This document shows positions 41,594-52,294 of a DNA stretch of 64,000 nucleotides, one piece after another. How positions within the stretch are numbered: position 1 is the first letter of the stretch; each line of letters starts with the position of its first letter. This DNA comes from an uncultured Spirochaetota bacterium (GTDB lineage Bacteria > Spirochaetota > Brevinematia > Brevinematales > JAOACQ01). Where the stretch lies: contig CAWAOD010000003.1 in assembly GCA_963783575.1 (NCBI GenBank), positions 128,001 to 192,000 of the forward strand. Reading direction: 5' to 3'. The notes under the pieces were generated by a model, which was not told the origin of the DNA, ran no database searches, and saw only the letters and a list, made by a program, of their open reading frames with translations. The translations under genes were made by a program, and so were the position numbers.

Positions 41594-42931
41594 CTATATT
41601 ATTCCATTAACAATTTCCTTGAATTTCCTGCCCCTTTCCTCATAATTGTTAAACATATCAAAGCTTGAACATCCCGGTGATAAAAGGATTATATCGCCTT
41701 CAACCGATGATGAATAAGCGTTCTGGACCGCATCCTTCAAATCATTAGCCATAAAAAACGGCTGAAAATCAAGTTCATTTTTTAACTTTCCGGCTGCTTC
41801 GCCGATCAAAATCAGTTTTTTAAGCTTGCTTTTCACCAGATTCTGAAGCGGCTTGAAATCCAATCCCTTGTCCCTTCCTCCGGCGATGAGGATTATGGGC
41901 CTTTCAAAACTCTGCAATGCTTTGTTGAGAGAGTTCACTGTTGTTGACTTTGAGTCGTTATAATATTCTGCACCATTGATCTCTTTGACAAACTCAAGGC
42001 GGTGTTCAAGCCCCTCAAATGAGCTCAGCGTTTTTTTAATCGCGTCATCGGAAATTGATAGTGTCCCGGCAATCAGTATTGCCGCCATTGCGTTCTCAAT
42101 ATTATGTACGCCCTTCAAGGGTATTGAATCACGTTTTAAGTATTCTCCGCCTTTATAATAAACCGTCCCATCCTTAAAATAACAATCAGCTTTATCGGAT
42201 TGAGAACTGAATGTCAGTATTTTTGAACGAATCCCTGCTTTAAGCCTCTCAAAATAAGGCGAATCCAGGTTTAAAACGGCATAATCATTGCTTCCCTGGT
42301 TTTTAAATATATTTTTTTTAGCAGAAAGGTAAGAGCCCATAGAATCGTAGCGGTCAAGGTGGTCTTCGGCTATATTAAGAACGGCGGCAACCCGGGGATG
42401 AAAATCCCTCACCGCTTCAAGTTGAAAACTTGATAATTCCAGAACTAAAATCGAATCCCGATCAACGGCATGATAATGCTCAAATATCGGAACTCCGACA
42501 TTGCCTCCGATCAAAGCTTTTCTTTCCTGTTTAACAATTTCATAAACAAGCGTTGTTGTTGTGGTTTTACCGTCAGTGCCAGTAATACCTACATAAGTTA
42601 TATCCGGAATAAGTCGGTAAAAAAACTCAATATCGCCTACTACAGGAATTCCCCTGTTCTTTGCTTCCCTCACGACCGGTATTGACATAGGAACTCCCGG
42701 GCTTATCAAAATTAAATCGGGCTGGGTAAGATCGAGCAATTCAATCGATTGTGTCCCGAGATAACCTTCAACAGGTCCCAATTTCTGCAGTTCATTGAGG
42801 AGGGATAGTTTTTCATCATCGTTCTGCGAATCCGATATCGCAATTTCATTCCCCATTTCAAGAAGGATCCTGGCGGCGGAAAATGAAGTCCGTTTTGTGA
42901 ATCCGAGGATCAGGATTTTTTTTGATGTCAT
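41594..42931 (-). CDS. murD: UDP-N-acetylmuramoyl-L-alanine--D-glutamate ligase
   Basis: ISPGVP, GITGTDGKTTTT, LELSSFQL, EDHLDRY, EHRLE, YYNDSKST, LLSPGCSSFDMF.NYEERG. Confidence 0.97.
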   Translation of the reverse strand: MTSKKILILGFTKRTSFSAARILLEMGNEIAISDSQNDDEKLSLLNELQKLGPVEGYLGTQSIELLDLTQPDLILISPGVPMSIPVVREAKNRGIPVVGDIEFFYRLIPDITYVGITGTDGKTTTTTLVYEIVKQERKALIGGNVGVPIFEHYHAVDRDSILVLELSSFQLEAVRDFHPRVAAVLNIAEDHLDRYDSMGSYLSAKKNIFKNQGSNDYAVLNLDSPYFERLKAGIRSKILTFSSQSDKADCYFKDGTVYYKGGEYLKRDSIPLKGVHNIENAMAAILIAGTLSISDDAIKKTLSSFEGLEHRLEFVKEINGAEYYNDSKSTTVNSLNKALQSFERPIILIAGGRDKGLDFKPLQNLVKSKLKKLILIGEAAGKLKNELDFQPFFMANDLKDAVQNAYSSSVEGDIILLSPGCSSFDMFNNYEERGRKFKEIVNGII

Positions 42932-43184
42932 GGTGAAATCCTAAAATTATTAATTAAAATATTTTTCAGATCAATAATATAACACAGCGGCGTAGGAAAA
43001 GCAAATGGCGGGATAATTCCAGTGCATGGTATAATTTGAATTTATACACTTTCTTTTTTATAATAGAGTTTGACTTGAATCCATTTTCCTGACTTTTTAA
43101 ACTCCGATAACCGGAAAGAAAAAGGAGAAAATCAATCGCTGTTTTCAATTTATACACAACAAACAAGATGGAGGATCACACTTT

Positions 43185-44174
43185 ATGAAGAAATGCTTGA
43201 TTATTTTTATTTTCATAATACCGGCACTTGCAATTATTAATTCCTGTACAACGCTGTTTGAGGCCGCAGTAAAGGATGATACAGCTTTTATCAAAAATTA
43301 CAGGGGCGACATCGATGCCAGGGACAAAATTAATGATACTGCATTGATGAAAGCGGCAGGCTCCGGCAGCACAGAAGCGGTTAAAGCTTTGATAAAAGCG
43401 GGGGCAAATGTCAATCTGACTGACAGGAATGGCCGGACGGCTTTAATTTTAGCGGCAAAAATCGGCCGGACTGAAGCGGTTAAAGAATTGATCGCGGCAA
43501 AGGCCGATATCAACGCGGCGGACAGGGATGGCTTTACGGCTTTGATGTGGGCTGCCGTTTTTAAATATACAGATACCGTTAAAGCATTGCTGGAAGGAGG
43601 AGCCGATGTCAGCATAATGAATAAAAACAGGGACATGGCGTTATCTATGGCTTATACGATTAATAATAACGGTGAAGTCATTAAGCTTCTGGAAGACACC
43701 CACAGATTATCCGACCCCTTGTTAAATGCAGCCGGATCAGATGACGCCGCTTTTATCAAAAATTTTAAAGGCAACATTAACGAGAGGGATAAAAACGGCG
43801 ATACGGCTTTGATTATTGCGGCTAAAAAAGATTATTACGATCTGGTTAAAGCCTTAATTGATGAAGGAGCAAATGTCAATACGACGGATCATCAGGGTAA
43901 TACAGCCTTGATTTTCGCTTCACAGAACGGCAATACGGATATGGTTAAAGCTCTGACCGGTGCAAAAGCCGATGTTAACGCCGCGGATAGTGAAGGCTTT
44001 ACCGTTTTGATGTACGCTGTCGCTTTTGAGCGAACTGACACAATAAAAGAACTGCTCAATGCCGGGGCAACTGTCAACACCGTCAATAAAAACGGCATTA
44101 ATGCCATGATTCTTGTGGAAGCAATCGGGAACAGTGATATTATCGATCTTCTTACAGCGGCAGGAGCAAAATGA
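43185..44174 (+). CDS. Ankyrin-repeat lipoprotein
   Basis: Signal ending INSC; repeated G.TAL..AA..G....VK.LI..GA.VN motifs arranged as two ~155-aa blocks. Confidence 0.92.
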   Translation: MKKCLIIFIFIIPALAIINSCTTLFEAAVKDDTAFIKNYRGDIDARDKINDTALMKAAGSGSTEAVKALIKAGANVNLTDRNGRTALILAAKIGRTEAVKELIAAKADINAADRDGFTALMWAAVFKYTDTVKALLEGGADVSIMNKNRDMALSMAYTINNNGEVIKLLEDTHRLSDPLLNAAGSDDAAFIKNFKGNINERDKNGDTALIIAAKKDYYDLVKALIDEGANVNTTDHQGNTALIFASQNGNTDMVKALTGAKADVNAADSEGFTVLMYAVAFERTDTIKELLNAGATVNTVNKNGINAMILVEAIGNSDIIDLLTAAGAK

Positions 44175-44184
44175 GAGCAGGCTT

Positions 44185-45498
44185 ATGAATAAAAAATTAT
44201 TGGTTAAAATAATAATAATCGTCGCCGCCATTGTACCTGTAATCTTTTTTTTCTGGAATATCCATCTTTACGCGGTAAATATCCCATATAACGATGACTT
44301 CGATACGGTCTTCGGATTTATGAACGCCTATTCAAGGCCGCATATGTTCATCGAAAGGTTCAATATGATTTTTGCATTCTGGAACGACCACAGGCAGCCT
44401 TTTAATAAAATAGTTACTTTACTGATGAACGGTTTTTTCGGGAATATAAATATCAAAACGATGATTTATATCGGCAACGCAGGACTTCTGATCATTATCT
44501 TCTGCCTGTATAAAATGTTCCAGTCGGAAAATAAACTACTGTTCTTCCTTCCGGCAATATTTTTATTTTTTCAGCCAGGTTATGCCGAGAATATTTATTT
44601 CGGCATGGCCTCATTGACAAATTTTTATGTGATGGCATTCGGATACCTTTCTGTATTATTGCTTACCCGAAATTATAAACCGTTCCCGGTATTTATAATT
44701 GCTTTGCTTTTATCTGCCGCCGCATATTTTACACAGGGGAATGGAATTTTATTCCTGGGAACAGGCTTTCTTATACTTATTTATTTGAGAAAATGGAAGG
44801 AAAGCGCAGTATGGGCGCTGATATCAGCCGGCCTGTTCTTATTTTACCGTTTTTATCCGGGTGGAAATACCGCAGCTATTCATTCCGGCTTAAAAATACC
44901 CGGGATTAACTGGCTCTATTTTTTCAATTTTATCGGCAACACTTTCGGGGCTTCAACAACCGGTTATTATTCAAAATCCGGCATAGGTATGATAAAATTT
45001 ATTTCATCTTTCGCTCCTTTTATAATAGGATTGATAACTGTCGCTTATTTCATGATAATCAGCGTATTCCGCTATTATAAAAAAAATCCGGCCCTTTACT
45101 CGGTATTTTTATTCCTTATTTTATCAGCCCTGGGAGCATCGATTGTAAGGGCGAACGATCTGGGAATCGACCAGGCGTTCACATCGAGATACCGCGTGGT
45201 AACAATACAATTTATAATAGTCGGTTATTTATCAATAATTGAAATCATTAAGAGTACAAAGTTGAAAAACATTGTTTTAACAGTATCGCTTATTTTATCA
45301 ATTTTATTCTGCGGGCTGATGTATAAGCTTAAATATAATCCAATCAAAGAACACAGGAACGACCTGGTTACAAGCCTCACAAAGTGGCGTGAAACCGGAA
45401 AGGGGCTTTACCCGCTCGCCCATCCCAATCCATATGCCAATGAAATATTGAAAGAAGCGGTTAAAAATAATTTTTACAGGATACCTGATATTAAGTAA
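44185..45498 (+). CDS. Multi-pass membrane protein, probable GT-C-type (GtrII-like) glycosyltransferase
   Basis: AVNIPYNDDF acidic loop after TM1, WNDHR, ~11 TM helices, TSRY; operon with GtrB-like and GtrA genes. Confidence 0.55.
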   Translation: MNKKLLVKIIIIVAAIVPVIFFFWNIHLYAVNIPYNDDFDTVFGFMNAYSRPHMFIERFNMIFAFWNDHRQPFNKIVTLLMNGFFGNINIKTMIYIGNAGLLIIIFCLYKMFQSENKLLFFLPAIFLFFQPGYAENIYFGMASLTNFYVMAFGYLSVLLLTRNYKPFPVFIIALLLSAAAYFTQGNGILFLGTGFLILIYLRKWKESAVWALISAGLFLFYRFYPGGNTAAIHSGLKIPGINWLYFFNFIGNTFGASTTGYYSKSGIGMIKFISSFAPFIIGLITVAYFMIISVFRYYKKNPALYSVFLFLILSALGASIVRANDLGIDQAFTSRYRVVTIQFIIVGYLSIIEIIKSTKLKNIVLTVSLILSILFCGLMYKLKYNPIKEHRNDLVTSLTKWRETGKGLYPLAHPNPYANEILKEAVKNNFYRIPDIK

Positions 45499-45517
45499 AA
45501 CGAGGAGCTTTAAAATT

Positions 45518-46456
45518 ATGCGTACAGCGTTGATAATACCGGCCTTTAACGAAGAACAGACAATCGTTGGGGTGATTGAAGAATTTCATAAGGAATTACC
45601 CGAGGCTCATATCTGCGTAATCGATAATAATTCCACCGATAAAACCGGTGAAAACGCAGGCGAGGCGTTAAAAAAAACCGGTAATAACTGGAGCCTTCTG
45701 TTCGAAAAAAGGCAGGGTAAGGCTTTTGCAGTCAGAAGGGCTTTTCAGGAAACGGACGCCGATATTTATGTAATGGTTGACGCGGATTCTACATATCCCT
45801 CAAAGGATGTGATTCGGCTTGTCAGGCCGGTTATTGAAAACGAAGCCGATATGACGGTTGGCGACCGTATTTCAAAAGGTATTTATAAAAATCAAAATAA
45901 AAGGGCTTTTCATAATTTCGGTAACCAGCTCGTTAAAAACCTGATCAATTTTATTTTTAAGTCGGGCCTCAATGATATTATGAGCGGTTACAGGGCTTTC
46001 AGCAGGAAATTTATACTGAACTTCCCGGTAATGAGTAAGGGTTTTGAAATCGAGACTGAAATGACCCTCCATGCCCTGGATAAAAGGTTCAGGATTCTGG
46101 AAATACCTGTCGAATATTATGAAAGGCCTTCGGGAAGCTTTTCAAAATTGAACACATTTAAAGACGGCTATAATGTTCTCAAAAAAGTAACCCAGATATT
46201 CAAGGATTTTAAACCGCTGCAATTTTTCGGGCTTATGTCACTCTTATGTGTTTTATCCGGCTTTATTATCGGAACACCTGTGATTATTGAGTATATCCAG
46301 GCTAAATATGTTTTTAAAGTTCCATCGGCGATTCTATCAACAGGACTTATGATCCTTGGAATGCTCTTTTTTTCTGTCGGCCTGATACTTGATACTGTTG
46401 TTAAAATCCATAAATTCGATTACGAATTGAAGCTGAACCGTTATGGAAAAAATTAA
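45518..46456 (+). CDS. GT2 glycosyltransferase (GtrB/polyprenol-phosphate glycosyltransferase-like)
   Basis: IIPAFNEE, IDNNSTD, QGK, VMVDADSTY, DIMSGYRAFSR, FEIETEMT; two C-terminal TM helices. Confidence 0.9.
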   Translation: MRTALIIPAFNEEQTIVGVIEEFHKELPEAHICVIDNNSTDKTGENAGEALKKTGNNWSLLFEKRQGKAFAVRRAFQETDADIYVMVDADSTYPSKDVIRLVRPVIENEADMTVGDRISKGIYKNQNKRAFHNFGNQLVKNLINFIFKSGLNDIMSGYRAFSRKFILNFPVMSKGFEIETEMTLHALDKRFRILEIPVEYYERPSGSFSKLNTFKDGYNVLKKVTQIFKDFKPLQFFGLMSLLCVLSGFIIGTPVIIEYIQAKYVFKVPSAILSTGLMILGMLFFSVGLILDTVVKIHKFDYELKLNRYGKN

Positions 46457-46919
46457 AAAGCCGATTGGTACGTCGAAAAGCAATTCTTTGAAAGCCGTTT
46501 TTACCCGTCTAAAAGCAATTATTACAGATAAATACTTAAAACCGGAAACTATATATCAGATTTCCCGTTTTATTATTACCGGGATTCTAGCGGCCGGTGT
46601 TGATTACGGGGTGTACATAGCTCTTTTCGGACATGCGGGGATTGTGTACGCAAAGGCGATTTCATTTGTAACCGCAACGGTCTTTACTTATATTGTCAAT
46701 AAATTCTGGACATTCGAGCGGAAGCACTTCAGCGCGGGGGAAGCCGCCCGGTTTATCGGATTATATATTTTGTCCATGATACTTAATACGGCCATTAATA
46801 AAGCCGCTTTTTTATTGTCGGGAAGCAAACCGATTGGATTCATTTTCGCGACAGGATTTTGCGCGGTATTTAATTTTCTGGGTCTGAAGCTTTTCGTTTT
46901 CGGCAAACATAAAGGGTGA
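46443..46919 (+). CDS. GtrA family flippase
   Basis: QISRFIITG..VDYGVY, YIVNKFWTF, FNFLGLKLFVF. Confidence 0.88.
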   Translation: MEKIKKPIGTSKSNSLKAVFTRLKAIITDKYLKPETIYQISRFIITGILAAGVDYGVYIALFGHAGIVYAKAISFVTATVFTYIVNKFWTFERKHFSAGEAARFIGLYILSMILNTAINKAAFLLSGSKPIGFIFATGFCAVFNFLGLKLFVFGKHKG

Positions 46920-46930
46920 TCTGTATTTTA

Positions 46931-48727
46931 TTACTCAGTCTTTTTTGAAACAATCCTGAACCCTTTCAATATACTGTTTCCTCTCAATTCAATCCCTTTT
47001 CCAAGATTCCATTCATAAAGAGTAGTGCAGGGAAACGGATCATACCAGGCAAGATAAGAAGTACCGGCCGTATATATTGTCAGTGAAAAGCCATCGCTGC
47101 TGAGCACATGCTCTTCCGGCCGCGCAGGGTCTTTCCCGTAATCCGCGGGTAAAATGATCCTCTGAAGCACAACAGCAGGCAGCTCCTTCCCATAAAGATC
47201 GTCCCTTCGTCCGCTGAAAAAATACCTGTTGAATAAAAATACTTCAAATAAAACCGTCAATATTATAACAACAGATGAAAAAGCCGGTATAAACCGTTTA
47301 TTATGAAATCCTGCCTTATAAATAATTAGCACCGGAGCGATCTGGAATATGAAGAAAAGTAAATAAAAAGCCGCACCGTAACGGATATCCGGAGCGGTCA
47401 TAGCAAGAAATATAATTGAGAAATAAAGCATTATTATAAACCAGAAATATTTCTTAAATTCCGCAAGATAATTATGGATTAACCCCGGTTTGAAAATCAA
47501 TCTTAAAAGATAGAAAAAAATAACCAGGACATAAAGTGAAAGTAAGGGATACAATATTATTTTATACTGAAAATAAATAGATTTCAGCCAGTATTGAACA
47601 TACTGCCATAACGGCATCTTTTCGATTGGATGAGACCACTGTACCAGGCCTGCGATATCATCCTTCAGCAGTGTCCCGGGCAGTTTCCAGTCGAATCCGG
47701 AAATACCTGTAAAATATACCGGATAAATCATATAACCTGATATTATGACATTCCTGATTATCCATGGCAGTATAATTATAATGCTGATAATCAGGCTTGT
47801 AATTAAAGCTCTGACATTCTTTTTTAAAATAAGTCCGATTATCAAAGGAATTGATAAAATCAGAATAGGCAAGCTTGAAAGCTTTAGGGTTAAAATAAAA
47901 ACAGATAAGAATAAAAGAGTAAATAATTCTAAATCATTATCTCTAGTTCCCGATACATTGTAATCATTTTTAAGACTGAGAAATCTAATGAAAATAATAA
48001 CAATAAAAACTGCAGGCGCCGTATCAGTCCCCGGTGATGACACAAAGTTCAGGAACAGATAAATAAGAAAAGGGAAAGTCAACAATCCAATTACCTCAGA
48101 TATTATATCTCTATTTTTCCCGGCCCTGTTTAAACAGGAAATTAAAAATAATGAACCCAGAACAAGGATAAAGCCATTCAGTACATGAAAAGATTGAATC
48201 TTTAAAAACGAAAAGCTGAAAAGGGCACTTGCAACCAGCCAATTGCTGTTGTATGCAAAATGCTTATTCAGGTTTCCAAGGCCGGGTATGACGGGAAAAT
48301 TTTCTATCCATCGTATCGCCTGTGCGTGGTAAGAAGCCGTATCGTAATTTTTCGGGATATAGGCTGATGTTTCAAATAAAATAACAAGAAAAAGTATAAT
48401 AAATAACGCAACAGACCAAATATTCAGCCCTTTTATATATTTTAATTGATTCCCAAGATAATGTTTAATAAATTTATAATCAATAAAAACATAGACAAAA
48501 ACAATGATTAAAATAACAATATTAACAGCCAGGCCGATTTTCATAAAAATAGAAAAATATGATGCTGCTGTTGTAATAAAGCAAAGCCCAAATCCGGTAA
48601 TAATAGTAGATGGGATTTTATCATTCAGGCCTGTCTTTAGGGCTCCTCCAATAATTCGGACGCACATCAGCCCGGTAAAGAAAGAGACTACGGAAATATA
48701 TGTCCAGATAATTGCTGTAACAAGCAT
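46931..48727 (-). CDS. LIC_10190-family-like multi-pass membrane protein
   Basis: YDTASYHAQAIRWIE..VIPGLGNL..HFAYNS, SSPGTD, TLKLS, RNVIISGY..YP, APDIRYG; GGAG RBS before ATG 48727. Confidence 0.7.
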   Translation of the reverse strand: MLVTAIIWTYISVVSFFTGLMCVRIIGGALKTGLNDKIPSTIITGFGLCFITTAASYFSIFMKIGLAVNIVILIIVFVYVFIDYKFIKHYLGNQLKYIKGLNIWSVALFIILFLVILFETSAYIPKNYDTASYHAQAIRWIENFPVIPGLGNLNKHFAYNSNWLVASALFSFSFLKIQSFHVLNGFILVLGSLFLISCLNRAGKNRDIISEVIGLLTFPFLIYLFLNFVSSPGTDTAPAVFIVIIFIRFLSLKNDYNVSGTRDNDLELFTLLFLSVFILTLKLSSLPILILSIPLIIGLILKKNVRALITSLIISIIIILPWIIRNVIISGYMIYPVYFTGISGFDWKLPGTLLKDDIAGLVQWSHPIEKMPLWQYVQYWLKSIYFQYKIILYPLLSLYVLVIFFYLLRLIFKPGLIHNYLAEFKKYFWFIIMLYFSIIFLAMTAPDIRYGAAFYLLFFIFQIAPVLIIYKAGFHNKRFIPAFSSVVIILTVLFEVFLFNRYFFSGRRDDLYGKELPAVVLQRIILPADYGKDPARPEEHVLSSDGFSLTIYTAGTSYLAWYDPFPCTTLYEWNLGKGIELRGNSILKGFRIVSKKTE

Positions 48728-48853
48728 AAGGTTCTCCGGCAATAAGTTTTTAAGGTTTTATTTTATCATTACTCCGGTTTAGAATCAATTCTTTGAGAAT
48801 TTACAGTTTAAATGCTAAAATAAATGGTGAATAGGAATTGAATAGGAAATTTT

Positions 48854-50137
48854 ATGAATGCATTAAACACGGTTATAACGATTCTGTATTTGTTTTTCAA
48901 TCTTGCCCTGCCGAAAGCGGGAACAAAAATCGGGTACCTGCCCCTTTATGTTTCTTTGATTATCACGCTATGTGTTGTTTTTCCTGTCATTCTACATAAT
49001 TTCATTAAATACTTCAGGGCTAAACAGGAAAGGGTCCTGGCCGTTTATCTGTTTTCTTTTATTTTTGTATGGATTATTGATTTCACCGTTTATCCGAAAC
49101 CAGCAAATTTTAATTATATCATTACAGACCAGCTTCCCTTTTTTTTCGGCATTATATCGGCGTTTTTTTTCTTATTCCCGAAGTATATCCCTGTGAAATT
49201 AAAATTATTCAGAAATATCATACTTGTATGTTTTTTTCTTGTAACAATCTATGGTTTTATCCAGAAGATCTTCGGGGATATCCGTACTCTTATACCAGGC
49301 ATCACTTATAATTATGCCGAAACCATCAGGTTTAAAGACAATAATTCCCCAAACATCTGGGCAAAACACAATTATATCGAATCCAATGGCTGGCTGAAGC
49401 TTGCTTCTACCTATCAAAACGGAAACCTTTTCGGTGTCAATTACCTGATGATGGCTTGGTTCGCGCTTTATTTTCTGTCTTTAAACAAAAAGATTTTAAG
49501 CAGAATCCTGTTTTACTTATCATTTGCAGCATTTCTGGCAATATGCATAATGACTGCTTCAAGCACAGTTTATATAGGACTTTTATTTTCACTCTTGCTT
49601 TATTATATTTACCTTATTATTCAGATTTATAAATCGGATGAAAAGAGAAAGGCTCTGAAAATATTCTTTTTTATCTCAATCCCTGTCATTCTGGTGATCG
49701 GATTATTTATAATAATGAATTCATCCAGGAATATGCAGATTTTATTAAATCAAAAACTTCTTCAGAGAAATTTCCTGGGCGACAACCGTGTAACAATATT
49801 CTATTCATATTGCCGGTATTTATGGGAAAACAAACTTATCTATAAATTTCTGTTCGGTTCATATTTTATAACACCTTCCGGTATGGGAGCTTATGAAATC
49901 GTACCCGCAAATATTTTTGTAAATTTCGGAATACTTTTTACAGGCGTATTTGTCTTTTTTATCTGGTATATAATGAAGAATCTGAAATTCACAATCTATA
50001 ATATCGGTCTTTTTACATATATCCTGGCGTCGTTTATGGACGGCGGCTTCTGGCTGCCTCCCACGCCTTTCAATTTTTTTTCGCTTATAGGTTTCAGTTA
50101 TTTTGTTCTCTCAAAAAAAGACGGGAAAAGTGAATAG
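48854..50137 (+). CDS. Putative O-antigen polymerase/ligase (Wzy/WaaL-like)
   Basis: ~11 TM helices, YGFIQKIFG, STYQNGNLFG, located among polysaccharide genes. Confidence 0.55.
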   Translation: MNALNTVITILYLFFNLALPKAGTKIGYLPLYVSLIITLCVVFPVILHNFIKYFRAKQERVLAVYLFSFIFVWIIDFTVYPKPANFNYIITDQLPFFFGIISAFFFLFPKYIPVKLKLFRNIILVCFFLVTIYGFIQKIFGDIRTLIPGITYNYAETIRFKDNNSPNIWAKHNYIESNGWLKLASTYQNGNLFGVNYLMMAWFALYFLSLNKKILSRILFYLSFAAFLAICIMTASSTVYIGLLFSLLLYYIYLIIQIYKSDEKRKALKIFFFISIPVILVIGLFIIMNSSRNMQILLNQKLLQRNFLGDNRVTIFYSYCRYLWENKLIYKFLFGSYFITPSGMGAYEIVPANIFVNFGILFTGVFVFFIWYIMKNLKFTIYNIGLFTYILASFMDGGFWLPPTPFNFFSLIGFSYFVLSKKDGKSE

Positions 50138-50238
50138 GATAATCTTGAGTCATCCCTCCGCTCTAAATGACAATCATAGTCTGTAAATATAGGTTGGTTG
50201 ATTTTATTAATCATAAGTTTAGGATGGGTTAGATGATA

Positions 50239-51273
50239 CTAGATAATCAGTCCGTATATCATATTAATAATGGAGGCAAGGGTATCGTAAACTAGTGCTA
50301 CAGCCGCGGCTGAAAGGACATAGAAGCATGCGGCCTGTAAATAATCGCGGTAAAGCTGGCGAAGATTCCTAAAAGCCACCCCAAAGCTTGCCGTTATGAT
50401 CAGAAGAAAAATCAGCGCAATGTAATAAGCAATTTTATTGTATACGATATTGCCAAGATGGAAAAAATTTATTTTAGAAGAATAGACATAGTCATTATAA
50501 CGGAATATTTCAAAAAGGCTTGCTATTTTTGAAGATGCCTCCGAGCTTAAGGCAAATATTCCGTCTGCGTCGTAAACTATTGGAATCATCTTAATCCCGC
50601 TGATTTTTCTGGTATTTGAAAACTTGCCGCCGGAATAATTATAATATAGAGGGCTGACAGCATAAAGGTCAGTATCGATTAGCTTGGCTTTCTCTGCCGT
50701 AACGATGTAATCTATTTGCTTTTTCGGTGTGTAAGCTATCAACCGAAAACCTTCAATATAATAGCATCCGTTACCGTTATACATTTTCTGGAAATATACA
50801 TAACTCGTTCCCATAGAAAAGGCGATGTCCTTTTTCACGGACATATATTTAAGATTATCAAATTCAGAAATTAAAAATTTGCTGCCGGAAGTATCCCTGA
50901 TTTTTATTTTTGCGCTAAGATGCTCCGTTTTAAGGTTTGATTGAAGACCGGCAGAATCGTAAAGCCTTGGTACCGCCAATTCCTGAAAGGCTATTGCCCC
51001 TCCCATTACAATGATTATATACAGGATTATGAAAAAACCAAGAGTAGCGCTTGATACCGGGTTCTGAAGCTCAGATTTATTCTGGAAAACCAGGGGCCAG
51101 AGAATACTGAGCCCCGCTATAAAGGGCAGAAAAAATATAAGATCCGATGCTGATTCGTATAAAAGCCAGATTTTATCAAGTTTCTCAACTCTTATATGAA
51201 AAATTAGAGATAATATAATAACAAATAAGCACAGAATAATCAGATGAGCCAGGAAAGTATTGAATTTTCTCAT
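50239..51273 (-). CDS. Hypothetical membrane protein (3 TM, extracytoplasmic domain, 2-3 TM)
   Basis: Hydrophobic pattern; FQELAVP after TM3 is reminiscent of LptF/G; GAGG RBS. Confidence 0.5.
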   Translation of the reverse strand: MRKFNTFLAHLIILCLFVIILSLIFHIRVEKLDKIWLLYESASDLIFFLPFIAGLSILWPLVFQNKSELQNPVSSATLGFFIILYIIIVMGGAIAFQELAVPRLYDSAGLQSNLKTEHLSAKIKIRDTSGSKFLISEFDNLKYMSVKKDIAFSMGTSYVYFQKMYNGNGCYYIEGFRLIAYTPKKQIDYIVTAEKAKLIDTDLYAVSPLYYNYSGGKFSNTRKISGIKMIPIVYDADGIFALSSEASSKIASLFEIFRYNDYVYSSKINFFHLGNIVYNKIAYYIALIFLLIITASFGVAFRNLRQLYRDYLQAACFYVLSAAAVALVYDTLASIINMIYGLII

Positions 51274-51289
51274 ATTAACCTCAATAGTA

Positions 51290-52294
51290 TTACCGGTTAC
51301 CGGTTCTTTTAAGCATAAGGTCTTTCAACGAAAGAAGACCGTAGCCTATTAATGCGGAAAAAAGACCGACAAACAGGCTGGGAATAATAACACTAAACAA
51401 ACCGTTCTTAATCCCGAATTTTATTAAAGCTATAAGGCTTAAAAAATACGGCAATCCCAGAAACATCAATATTGAAGCGGCCATTAGCGTTGCATAGGTT
51501 AAGATAAGAATCTGCTTGTCATTTATGAAACAGGCAATACCGCAAACAATGGAAAAAAAACCGGTACTGAGAAGTAATATTGCCAAAGCGGACAAAACCG
51601 CGCCTCCATCTAAAAAGGTCGTATAAAAAATGTCTTTCAGCTTTTTTAAATAACTTATATAGTTATCAAACAAAAACTGTGAAATACCTGTATCTTTCAT
51701 CTCCATCACAGGCTCTTTCCTTGGAATGGAAAAAGCTGAAGATTGCTTATAAAACCCGCTATCGCCGATATACTGATAGGTATTCACATTAACCGCATTA
51801 TTTTTAACACGCCAATCGCTAATAAAATAAGCATTTTTATAAAATAAAATTCCATTACCGGGAGATTTCCCGTCCTTCTTTTCTATAAAAATTTTATAAT
51901 CCCCTACCGCATTAATCATATCATCACGAATTTCCGGCCTATAATACTGCTGAACGGGTTTGGGAAGGATCAAGAAATCAAAGTTGATAAAGAAGAATAT
52001 GAGAAGCAGAACGGTATTCAATGCGGAAATTATAGGAATCATCCTTATATTGAATTTAATATCATTCCCGATGGAACAGAAATAAAAAAAACAGGCAATA
52101 ATGATTATAAACGGAAACGAATAAACAATAAAAAAACCGTAATTTTTTAAGGCCTCAATTAGAACATCAGTATCACCTTTAAACTTTAAAAAAACGAGAA
52201 TCTCAAAAAGATATAATAACAAACCGCCGAGAAAAAAAAGAATAGTCTTAAGGAAAGTGAAAAAATATTTTCTTAAAGATAATAAATAAACCAA
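51290..52294 (-). CDS. Hypothetical membrane protein (3 TM, extracytoplasmic domain, 3 TM)
   Basis: Hydrophobic pattern; GGAGG RBS before TTG 52294 (track start 52318). Confidence 0.5.
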   Translation of the reverse strand: MVYLLSLRKYFFTFLKTILFFLGGLLLYLFEILVFLKFKGDTDVLIEALKNYGFFIVYSFPFIIIIACFFYFCSIGNDIKFNIRMIPIISALNTVLLLIFFFINFDFLILPKPVQQYYRPEIRDDMINAVGDYKIFIEKKDGKSPGNGILFYKNAYFISDWRVKNNAVNVNTYQYIGDSGFYKQSSAFSIPRKEPVMEMKDTGISQFLFDNYISYLKKLKDIFYTTFLDGGAVLSALAILLLSTGFFSIVCGIACFINDKQILILTYATLMAASILMFLGLPYFLSLIALIKFGIKNGLFSVIIPSLFVGLFSALIGYGLLSLKDLMLKRTGNR

